Shown here: positions 1 to 9,450 of the stretch, piece after piece
How the letters are laid out: each line of letters begins with the position of its first letter
How positions within the stretch are numbered: position 1 is the stretch's first letter
DNA from: Neophaeotheca triangularis
Lineage: Eukaryota
Direction: 5' to 3'
Assembly (NCBI GenBank): GCA_054600435.1
Contig: BAAIJX010000042.1
Coordinates: forward strand, 182,455 to 202,454
Length of the DNA: 20,000 bases
Translations under genes and position numbers: made by a program
The notes under the pieces: generated by a model
The model's input: the letters and a program-made list of their open reading frames with translations, nothing else
Databases searched by the model: none
Told to the model about the DNA's origin: nothing

Positions 1-1326
1 TGCTAGGGGCCCGTAGGAACCAAACAATTCTTGCCGGTGGGCGGTATTCTTGAAATCTGGCCTTAGGGGTCCTTCAGAGGTGTCCACATCCATCAATCTG
101 GAAATCACGGCACCCACTGCCCACACGTTAGTGTGCGATTCCTTGGGGATAAAAGTTAGCTGGGCTTTTTCTTATGCTTGTGTCTATGCTCCAGGCAAGA
201 GGCTGCGGCCACTTACTATTGTCCACGATGCTTGCCCTCCTACTCTAGCCCAATCTGTATCCTGCTCAGGTGCCTTCCATCCCTCAGTGCCAGCGACTTG
301 GTAATAAGCTGGATGGGGTCCTGGTTCCACGAGGCTGCCTGGGACCGGGAGAAAACAAGCTAGTGGAAGAATCAGTAATGCTTCCCATGGCCCTTGCCGT
401 ATAGACGCCGTGCACGTATCAAACTTACCAAGACCAAAGTCTCCGACGACTGGCCGTGGATAGGCAGCGTAGTAAGTGGAATCCGGCATCGAGAGGAAGA
501 TGTTCTCAAGCTTGAGATCGCGGTGGACAACCACTTCGTGCCACGCAGACGCAAGCGTAGGCTGGATCGAGCCTTGCTCCATCACGAGGCATGCCTTGAT
601 CAGCGTCTCAAAGACATACCAAAGAAAAGGCTCAGGCAGACGCGCGGTCTGGACTCTGCCATAAAAAACATAGTCTCCGTTGATTTGTAGGGCGTAGTGC
701 TTGACCAACTGGTCCAAGTCTCCGTTTGGACAAAACTCCATTCGAAGTCTTTGCATCCGTCTGGGCACATCAAGCGCAGAGAAGCCGACGAGCTGCACGA
801 ACTGGCTTTTGTCGTGGTTCTCGTTCATGCAGCTTGGGTCGTTCCAGAATGTCTGCATTGCTTTCAGCTCGTTCGTTATTCTGTCCTCCATTGGGCCATA
901 CCACGTCTGTGGGAGGTCCCAGAGCCTTGACTCCTCAGTCATGAGGCAGTCTTTCACGACTTGACGCTTGACGATTCTCCCGTGGGCGTCGGGCAAGAGC
1001 CAGAGACAAGCGACGCCGTAGGAACCCGCTCCCAGGAGGTATCCGCCAACCCAGTTTTTATCGGAGAGGCCAGGAATGGTTGCAGTAATAGCGGCACGCT
1101 GTTTTGCCTGCCACTCCAACTCCTTCGGAATGGCTCTCTTGCCACGCCAATTCTTTTGTTCGGGCTTCAATTTGGCCCACTGTCGCTCCAGGTCTGCTTG
1201 AGCTGATGTTATCAATTAGCATGTGCCGAGCCTGCTCAATGGGAGCTGCGTTTCCTTACCCACTGCTGGACGTTCTCGCTTCTCCACTCTCAACCATGCC
1301 CTCTTGTTGGTGAGCTTTTCTGCCAT
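1..1326 (-). CDS. Ser/Thr protein kinase (kinase A), 3' end runs off the window; exons 1326-1260, 1202-429, 359-217, 141-<1
   Basis: The spliced frame gives MAEKLTNK..., Gly loop GAGSYG, beta3 VVK, alphaC NELKAM, HRDLKLEN, DFGLA, GTEGWKAPE and subdomain IX TNVWAVG. Introns: 1259-1203 (GTAAGG..GCTAAT..CAG), 428-360 (GTAAGT..ACTGAT..TAG), 216-142 (GTAAGT..GCTAAC..AAG). All three keep the frame. Confidence 0.9.
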
Positions 1327-1661
1327 GGTGTCTGGTTCAATGTTTGCGACTAAGTTGTTTTAATTGAGGTGACTCTCTGAGATGGAAATGTTAGGGACCG
1401 TAAATTAACAGAGTCTTTGTCCATGATGGCCATTGTGAGCCCGCCAACCGGATCCGGAGATGGTCATCGATTCCTTTGTTCGCTTGCCATGTTGGGCCTC
1501 ACTATTTTGATTTAGCCGTACGCGGTAGCACTCGGCATCCGCAATGCAAATTGAAGCTATTCATGTCATTCATGAGATGATGTTGAATAAAACCCGTGCG
1601 CAACGCCAGCTGATTGGTAAAGAATTGAAACGAAAGACACAACACTAGCTAAACAAATCAA

Positions 1662-3335
1662 CTACATGTCCGGCATCACCATCCCCTGAGCATACTTGGG
1701 CGACTCCCAAAGCAAGAACGGCACGGCAAAATGTTCATCAGGCTTCTTGAATGGATCGAATTCCAAAGCCGGACCCGATCTCATGCCCCTGCCAAGATTG
1801 CGACCAGACTCATCCACACAAACCTCAATGTATTGAACCAGCTGGGAGGCTAAGGGTCTCTGAGCGGGATCCCACTTGACGCATTTGATCACCGCTTCAA
1901 CAAGCTCCCTGGAATACTTACCCGGGAAGGGCTCGACCCAGTCTTGGCGTTTGCTGAGGTCATCTGGGTCGTAGTCGCGAACTCCGTAATGGGGTCTTCT
2001 GAGCTGCATGAGTCTAGCCATGATAGCTCCGATTCCCCAGATGTTTGACTTTGGGGACTTGTGATCTTGTCAGTGCCTGCATGTCGTGCGCGATTTCAGT
2101 GCGGACGACTGAAAATCGGATGACTTACAATTTCAAATGCCGCCTCGGTCACGGGCAGCCTGCCGTTCTTGATCAAATCTGATTCCGGGGGTATCCAGTT
2201 GGGCGTACCAACCATACCCGTCCAGCGCTCAGGATTGTCGGGATTCATACGCGGAATGATGAAACAACGATCAAAATCCGCCATGAGCGCCTCCGGGTAA
2301 GACTTCCACTTGTCGTTATCGACTCGATCACCGAGAAAGATGTTCGAGTCTTTGAGATCGTTGTGTACGATTCCTTCCCTGTTACATTGGTCAGTGCTGA
2401 AAAAGGAATTGTCATAATCTTCGACTTACCACCAAGTAGAACTCAAAGTCCGTGTGAGGGCGCCTTGCTCGAAAACGAGGCAGGCCTTTGCCAAGCTCTC
2501 AAACGTGGCCCATAGAAAAGGTTCAGGCAACCACCATGCAGGATCCGCTGGCGGTGGATCTTCAGGTTCGGTCTTGTTGAATTTGCGCCGGTAGTAATTG
2601 ACGACTCCAGACAGGTCTCCATACCTATACCAAGGCATCAGGTAGCGGTAGTGTCGGGTATCGATATCCAAAGGCGTCATGCTGAGCAGTTGCACAAGCC
2701 CTTCTTTCTCCTTTGAATCGTAGACGAGTTGCAGCACCTTCATCTCGACCGGAGTCCGGTTCAATTCTTCGTTAAAATCTCCGTACCAGAATTTGTCGTC
2801 GAACCACATCCAATTGGGAAGGAAGCAGTCTTTGCACACGATGCGGTTTCCAATCCTTCCATTCTCATCAGGCTGGATGTACAAGGACGTGATGTTCACG
2901 TTCGTCGACAGATGGTAACCGCCGACCCAAGACCCATCCATTTCAACAGGTTTGTTGTCGAGAGCCATCGCAAGCCTTTCTTCCACGACCAAATCCGGCT
3001 TTTCTGCCGGACCCATCGCTCCACCGAAGAAGTCATCTGCTGCCGCAAGAAACCCTTCCTCGGCTCCTTCTTCTCCCGGTGGAATGAATTCTGGCTCGTC
3101 TTCCGGGCGAAACTCGGCGAACTCTGCGTCAAAGTCGGGGGTTTCTGCTGGCACAAACGGGATCTTGGTCTTCGGCACAAATGGGATCTTCGTTTTCTTC
3201 GCAGACGATGACCGGTCATCCATACCTCCCATTCCAACGTCGCCCGAGGCGCCTGGTATAAGGTGTTAGCTCAGAGTGAACTTGGTGAAGCGGGGCCTGA
3301 TTGATCTCACTTTTGCGTTTCGGTCGTCCAGTCAT
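1662..3335 (-). CDS. Atypical protein kinase or pseudokinase (kinase B), paralog of kinase A, ~497 aa; exons 3335-3311, 3252-2430, 2378-2129, 2057-1662
   Basis: Introns 3310-3253, 2429-2379 and 2128-2058 join the three listed ORFs into one frame. Motifs: WVGGYHL, IVCKD, VEMK, YGDL, LPEPFLW..FE.L.KACLV.EQG (shared with kinase A), HNDLKDSN, DFD, GTPNWIPPE, SNIWGIG, DPAQRP. Confidence 0.88.
3150..3197. repeat. 24-nt tandem duplication encoding KTKIPFVP x2 in the kinase B N-terminus
   Basis: GGCACAAACGGGATCTTGGTCTTC / GGCACAAATGGGATCTTCGTTTTC; the differences are synonymous in the minus-strand frame. Confidence 0.9.
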
Positions 3336-5104
3336 GGTGATAAAACAAACAATGGTTCTGAATGGTTGTGGTGTCACGGAGAAGTTGTGCGAATGAAAAG
3401 AACCTCAAGGTCCAGATACGAGCTCAAGTCCATCGTCGCTGGCCTTTGTCAATGTCCTAACTTCCGCTTTCGGTGAAGGGTCGAGACCTCTTTGTTGTCG
3501 ACAAAGCACTTCCGCCGTGCATGGAAGGCGAATAACCTGGACAATGCTTTTCGTTGGATCTATTCTGCGTCTCGACCACCATGCAGTGGTTTGCTACAAT
3601 GCTCGATCAATTTCATTTTGGCAACCGTAGGTCGATCGATTCTGTGCTCAAGGCTCAGACTCACGGACCAAATGCTCGTATCACTCCCATTGAGGCTTTT
3701 CATTCGATGTACTGTTACCGGAGCTGCTTCATGTGCAGTAAGTTGAGACTTGCCGTCTCTTGTGGTGTTCCCGTCGGTAGGTTCGAGGCGGACCGGGGCA
3801 TTGAGCGAGTCTTTCCAGTGCTGGGATCGTTCAGCGCACAGCATCCTGACACGAGACGCACACTGCTGTCTGGCAATCCGCTCATCCATCTCCTACAAAT
3901 TTCGCCTATTTTTCCTGGTCCCCCATGATGTCGTTTGATGCCTCTGCACAGCTCATAGCCTCCGTTGAGGGAGCCTTGTCGGCACCCACAGCGCTGCGTT
4001 TTGAGGCCGACTCCGTGGGCCACAACAAGCAAGTCGTTTCCTACTAGCCTTTCGTACTGGTGATTTGACCTGGACACGCAGAGATTCAAGGCATTCTATA
4101 GCGATTTGTTGTCGTTAGATATACCGTCGTGAAATGGCAAAAACGATCATGTATCTGCCGCGAGAAATCCGCCAAGCTTCCGGGGCGACCAAAGCGCTCT
4201 GATTGGCTCCACGAAAACCGCGCTAGTGCAAAGCCGGATTTTGAATCCCGGCGAGCAAGAAGCGAGATTAGGTCACGGCCGCCTTTGCTCGACGAGTTGG
4301 AGTTGCTGGCTTCAACAGAGGCAGGCGGTCAATCTCTCGTCCTGAGGCCCTTTTCAATGCTGAGACAACTGTCCGGTAGCTAGGAAACGGCCTAAGATGA
4401 CTGTTCTCGGCGAAGACAAGGCAAGAAAAAATACCGCTACCGGCAATCTATCAACGCTTTGCAGAACCCTCAAAGCCAACACCTTGGATATCTCGTGTTC
4501 ACCTCACTTCACTTCTTGTCGCGGGCGAAAGTATTGTCGTACTCTTCCCTCTACCATGCTTCTTATTCCTCCTGAGCTCCCTCTCTTCCCTATTTCTCTT
4601 TCTACTTTGTCTTCCCATCGAATCCCAGAGCATACTCCTTACAGTGGTCACAGCAAGCACAAGCTCCACTTTTGCAAGAGCGCCCTTTCTCGTTCCCACA
4701 CCAACATTCGGCACCGTTGACCAACACAACCTTTACAGTCTTGGTACCGTAATCCACAAGAGCGGCGATTTAAGTACCGGCTTGCCCCAACTCACGAGCC
4801 TCCAGCTATTTGTGAAATCCCCGCGACTTATCAAGAAATTTCTCGACAGACCGCTCGCGACGGTTGATCTTGCTGACGCTTTCCGCTTTCTTCTCCGAGA
4901 GGCTGGACTGCGAGAGGTTGACAACCTCTTCAGCGTGTTTCCGATTGCCCCCGTGTCTCAATCAAGACATGCGCAGTTTGCGCATGGCTTTGTGTGGGTG
5001 GAAAATTTTGTTCGGCCAAGGAGTCACGGGCGGCCGATCTGAGCCTATCTGGGTCCAGGAGAAGCTTGGTGAGAGATGCTTCATTCGTAGATGCAAGAGT
5101 CGTT

Positions 5105-6088
5105 TCAGGATGCATGCTTCTCGGCGTATTTCTCTTCGCGGCGCTTGATGTATTGATCAACAGAGATGCCCTTTTCGGCAGCACGCTTGGCGTATCCCTT
5201 GAACTTCTCCGATGAAATGCTGCTCTTCTGGATCTTAGGAGTCGGCGCCAGCTTCTCGTCTATTCCGGCTTTCTGTTTCTTCTTTGCAGCTGACTTCTTG
5301 GACGTCTTCCCGTCCTTGGCCTCGTGTTTCGCTTCTTTATGGGCCAATTTTGCCTTCTTCACTGCGCGCTTCTCTTCCTTTTCTCTCTCCTTCTCCGCCT
5401 TTATCGTTTGCTCCTCCGTCGATTGTTCCAGTCTACGACGTGCGCGGTTGTCCTTTGGCTGATCCTCACGTTTACGCTTGCGGTCTGTCTGCTTGCTTGC
5501 ACCAGATGGCGCTTCTCTGGGGTGCTTCATGAGGTGCATCCTGGCCGCATTGACGTGCGCATGGCTATCGGTGCCATTGGCCGCGTCCAAGTGCTTTGAC
5601 TTTGTCGTCTTGTCTTCGCTAGAGCTTACTTCCGCAGAGGTGTTCGGTGTAGACTGCGCCTCAAGCTCGCTATTTTCCGAGTCCGAATCAGAGCTCGAAG
5701 AATCGGACGAGGAAGCGCTGAAATCCTCAATAGCCTCCATCCTCGCCGGCGTTTTGCCCGCGCCGTCCTTCTTCTGACCTTCAATCTGCAGCGTCCCAGG
5801 CACACCCTCGCCTTTTACAAAGCGTCCATAAAGACCACCGGCGAAAACACCCTTCTCCCTCACATCCCTGAGTGTACTCTGCCCTCCTTTGCCCAGATTC
5901 TGTAGACCCTGATCAAAAGCTCTCAGCCACCACTGACCGGAGACAGCATTGTGCTTGTTAATCCCTAAGCCAAGGACGTCGACTTTCTTGCTGACAAGGA
6001 GCGGTTTCTTCAGTCCCTTGTCCGAGGTATCAAGCGAGTGGCCAGTCCCTCGCCAACCTTGGGACTTGAGAATCGCGGCTGCGTCCAT
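5105..6088 (-). CDS. TMA23: TMA23-like (G-patch-like) nucleolar ribosome-biogenesis protein, 327 aa, intronless
   Basis: The N-terminus MDAAAILKSQGW.G.G..L....GLKKPLLV.KK....GLG.....QWW.R.FD..L.NL matches my recollection of the Tma23/G-patch pattern. It is followed by an acidic Ser-rich segment and a long Lys/Glu-rich C-terminus typical of nucleolar proteins. Confidence 0.75.
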   Translation of the reverse strand: MDAAAILKSQGWRGTGHSLDTSDKGLKKPLLVSKKVDVLGLGINKHNAVSGQWWLRAFDQGLQNLGKGGQSTLRDVREKGVFAGGLYGRFVKGEGVPGTLQIEGQKKDGAGKTPARMEAIEDFSASSSDSSSSDSDSENSELEAQSTPNTSAEVSSSEDKTTKSKHLDAANGTDSHAHVNAARMHLMKHPREAPSGASKQTDRKRKREDQPKDNRARRRLEQSTEEQTIKAEKEREKEEKRAVKKAKLAHKEAKHEAKDGKTSKKSAAKKKQKAGIDEKLAPTPKIQKSSISSEKFKGYAKRAAEKGISVDQYIKRREEKYAEKHAS

Positions 6089-6588
6089 GTGGAAAGTGGT
6101 GATGCCGTCAAGATCGCATACTGGAGGTGTCTCGAAATTATCTAGAGAGCCTTCGAGGGCAGGAAACTTTTAGCACGAGCAGGAACTTTAGATAGCAGCA
6201 TTTCGCCGAGGATGCCGAAGTGTGGCCGATGAGCAACATCACCTCGTCTTCAATCAACAGATACCTGTGGACAACACCGATATCGTATCAATTCGACACA
6301 ATCACAAGTAATCAGTCTGAATCGTGAAAAAACCAGGGTATTTGAGTTACAGAGTCTGGTATCGTAAAAAGTCCTGAGACGTATAGAGCAGGTCAGTAGC
6401 TGAATAAAGGTAGGATTTTCCCACTTAACCCAGCTCTCAAAAAATCTGTTTCTTCTTCTTCTGCCGACTCGGACTCGACATCAGAACGCTCGCTGGTAGC
6501 AAGTGGCGCAACTAGTTCTCCCGAGAGCTTTGCGTCTTGCATTGTCGATCAGGGATTACGCCACCGACTGTAGTGACCCTACCCAAAC
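6089..6588. promoter_or_regulatory. 500-bp bidirectional intergenic region between TMA23-like and THG1
   Basis: Head-to-head ATGs at 6088 (-) and 6589 (+). Contains an imperfect direct repeat GCAGGA(A)ACTTT(T)AG at 6159-6173 and 6179-6191. Confidence 0.6.
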
Positions 6589-7551
6589 ATGGCCAACTCG
6601 TCCTTCCAATACGTCCGCAACTTCGAACTCCCTGACCCGCTACCACCATCCAACTGGATCGTCATCCGCATAGATGGTCGAGGTTTCTCCAAATTCACGA
6701 CTAAGCACGCATTTACCAAGCCGAACGACATCCGAGCATTGAACCTCATGAATGCCAGCGCAGTAGAAGTAGTCAAGGCCTTCCAGGACATCGTCATTGC
6801 TTATGGCCAAAGTGACGAATACAGTTTCGTGCTTTCTGAAAACACCACTCTCTTCGAACGCCGAGCAGCAAAGCTTGCTACCAGTGTGGCGACCATGTTC
6901 ACAGCCGAATACTGCATGCAGTGGTCGCAATACTTCCCCGAAAGCCCTTTGACAAGACCTTTCCCCAACTTCGATGGACGGTGTGTTGCGTATCCAAAAC
7001 GGAGCATCCTGCGCGATTACATGAATTGGCGGCAGGCTGATTGTCACATCAACAATCTCTACAACACGACGTTCTGGAACATGGTGCTGAGGGGCGGCCG
7101 CAGTCAAACGCAGGCAGAGTTTGAGCTGAAGGGAACGCTGAGTAAGGACAAGAATGAGATCCTATTCAGCGATTTTGGTATCAATTACAACAACGAGGAC
7201 GAAATCTTCAAGAAAGGCACAGTGGTGTATCGGGCGTTGGATGACGAGCCTGGCGATGGTCAAGATACTCCGGCAAAGTCGGCAGGCACGAACAACATTG
7301 ACCAAATCCAAGTCGACGGCGAAACGCAGAATATCACATCCACAACGAGTCCATCACAGGGCCAGCAGTCTCAACACCAGACATCCCGCAACACCAACCA
7401 GGCCCCGAACCCTCAAAGCAAAACTCAGCAAGCCAAGCTCCGTAAGCGCAAACTAAAAGCGCGCATAGCCGTCGAGCACGTCGATATCATCGGCAATAGC
7501 TTTTGGGAGAGACACCCCTACCTACTAGGTGGGGAAAGCGGTAGCGAGTGA
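6589..7551 (+). CDS. THG1: tRNA(His) guanylyltransferase, 320 aa, intronless
   Basis: MANS.F.YVR.FE start, RIDGRGFSKF, F.KPND.RAL.LMN, YGQSDEYSF, FDGR.V.YP, WRQADCHINNLYNTTFW, KNEILF..FGINYN, and C-terminal H.DII...FW: the diagnostic Thg1 motifs with the catalytic Asp/Glu residues. Confidence 0.97.
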   Translation: MANSSFQYVRNFELPDPLPPSNWIVIRIDGRGFSKFTTKHAFTKPNDIRALNLMNASAVEVVKAFQDIVIAYGQSDEYSFVLSENTTLFERRAAKLATSVATMFTAEYCMQWSQYFPESPLTRPFPNFDGRCVAYPKRSILRDYMNWRQADCHINNLYNTTFWNMVLRGGRSQTQAEFELKGTLSKDKNEILFSDFGINYNNEDEIFKKGTVVYRALDDEPGDGQDTPAKSAGTNNIDQIQVDGETQNITSTTSPSQGQQSQHQTSRNTNQAPNPQSKTQQAKLRKRKLKARIAVEHVDIIGNSFWERHPYLLGGESGSE

Positions 7552-8399
7552 TAGGAATGGTCGAAAGTCAAAGCAGATCAAAGGGAAGAAAAAAGCCGGC
7601 GGAAGGGAGGGCTGCGTGTGCGCAGGTTTGCTAGCCCATGCACGAAGAATGCCAGAGTCGGGACTGCCAGCACGATATCCTCTAGACCGAGGTGTTACGA
7701 GAGATCGTGGACTATGGAGGCGTGGTCGTGGATAACACTCAACGGCTGCCGCTGCCTTAATACCGTTCAACTCTCTCTCACTTGATGCCGCAACCGGGAA
7801 ACTCTCGTTTTCCTACGCCACACCATGCAGACCACCTTGAATCTTATGCATCATGCGCCATTTCATCATCGAAGCCTCGCTAGACAAAGTTTTTTATTTC
7901 CAAACTTCTACCTTCACTTCTAGCTCAATGTCCTTAAGGTGCTGGAGTGGCCACGGAGGCGCCGTCACATTGAGTGCGAAGCTAAGCCGGGTGAATGTCG
8001 TCTTAGATGTCACCGTTTCATGAGATGGGTTGTGACGCTACCGTAGGAATTTGGCTTTCAGCCCGCTTTGTTCTCCCTCGCTTTCTTTGCCAGCCTTGAT
8101 CTTGGTTCATGCTTCTATGCTTCTCTTTGTCATCAGTTTTTGCCCTTGATTCCTACCTTTTTCCAAGGCTCCAAGTCACCCTTAATTTACTGGCCGAAGA
8201 GCTACTGATTAACATAGTCGTGCACAAAAACCTTTAAGAAGCCCAATACTCGCTGCTCCCGTCCTTTTGGCCACTACCCAAGCATCCTCGATTACTACTT
8301 CTCAATCTTTCGTCAACAGTTTGAGCAACTTGGTCGGAGCCAAGTCCGCCACGGTGCCACGTCAAGACTTTGAGCGACAGATCATCTATTCACCGATAA

Positions 8400-9450
8400 T
8401 CAGCTCCATCGTTAAAGCTGTTGCGGTGATAAGCGGCATAGACACTTGCGTTAAAGGTCAAGTGATTGACCTTTTTGCCGATAGCCGCTACCTCCCTCTA
8501 TAGCTCTCTATACCTATTGTCAACCGTACAAAATCGACTACCAGTCTCCGTTAACGACAACTTACTAGGACCTAGGTAACTGACAACAGTAAGCTTCAGA
8601 ATCTGGGCACTGTCCTGTGCGGCAGCAGTGCGGTTAGCGGCCGATTTGTCCTGGCGCCATAATGATAGAAAAGCGAGCTTGCTGAGGCTGGGTTTTGAGT
8701 TTGATGGAATATGGCTGCTGAACGATGCTATCAACAAAGCTAAGCATACGGGTTCACGGAATCATCTATGATCATCGCCCGTTAATGTCCTAACACAAGT
8801 CACCTCGTATATTTGATGTTCCTCTGTCGTCATTCCGAACTCATGGGACCTTAGGTGTACTAAAGCTGCGCTAAGCACCGACGCCAGCCAGTTCACCAAC
8901 ACTGCAAAGGTGTTTGACGATGAGAGGATAGAGTAAGCGAGCTCACCGTGATATAATATGTTCTAGGCTCTTAATCTACGCCGTAATCGATGATGCGTTC
9001 AGAGGCTGTTGAGATTGATATTAGCTACTCTATAGTTCTCTTGAGTGCTTTTTTTTAAGGCTGATAGTAAGGAGGGTGTTGACTAAATCTCAGACTTTAC
9101 AGGGTAACAACGATGTCGTATAGTCTCTGTAGGAGAACATAAGCGCAGAGCCCACTACTACTAGAAGGAATGTATCATACCTATCAAAGCAAATCAACCT
9201 AACCCCTACAAGGATCAGACACAGACTGTCAAGAGTAGAGCCTAGGTATAAACCGATTCTGCATTAGCCTACTGAGCCTGAAGACTAGAGATATAGATGG
9301 AAACAAAGAGGCGTGCGCACGCACAGAGCCTCGTGCGCCCGAGAACGTGACTCGGGACCGTGACAAGTACGATAACTCTCCAACAAGGTAGATACTATCT
9401 TTACTAAAGGATCTCGAAGTCAGGTAGATCGTATTCGAGCTAGTCTAGAG
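8400..9450. other. TpA-enriched, stop-rich non-coding region with a RIP-like signature (probable degenerate repeat); boundaries approximate
   Basis: Dense TA/CTAG words by eye (cttactaggacctaggtaac, gatataatatgttctaggctcttaatcta, ctactactagaagg, cctaggtataaacc) and no recognisable ORF. The RIP index was not computed. Confidence 0.5.

Noticed and set aside
3340..4400. Short ORFs (60-124 aa) upstream of kinase B
   Set aside because: They overlap on both strands, have no recognisable motifs and give no convincing splice model; probably promoter/UTR or intergenic DNA.
4397..5215. Plus-strand ORFs 4397-4720, 4644-5042, 4864-5148 and 4994-5215
   Set aside because: No domain signal. A trial GC-AG splice after MTVLGEDK runs into a stop, and the later ORFs partly shadow TMA23-like.
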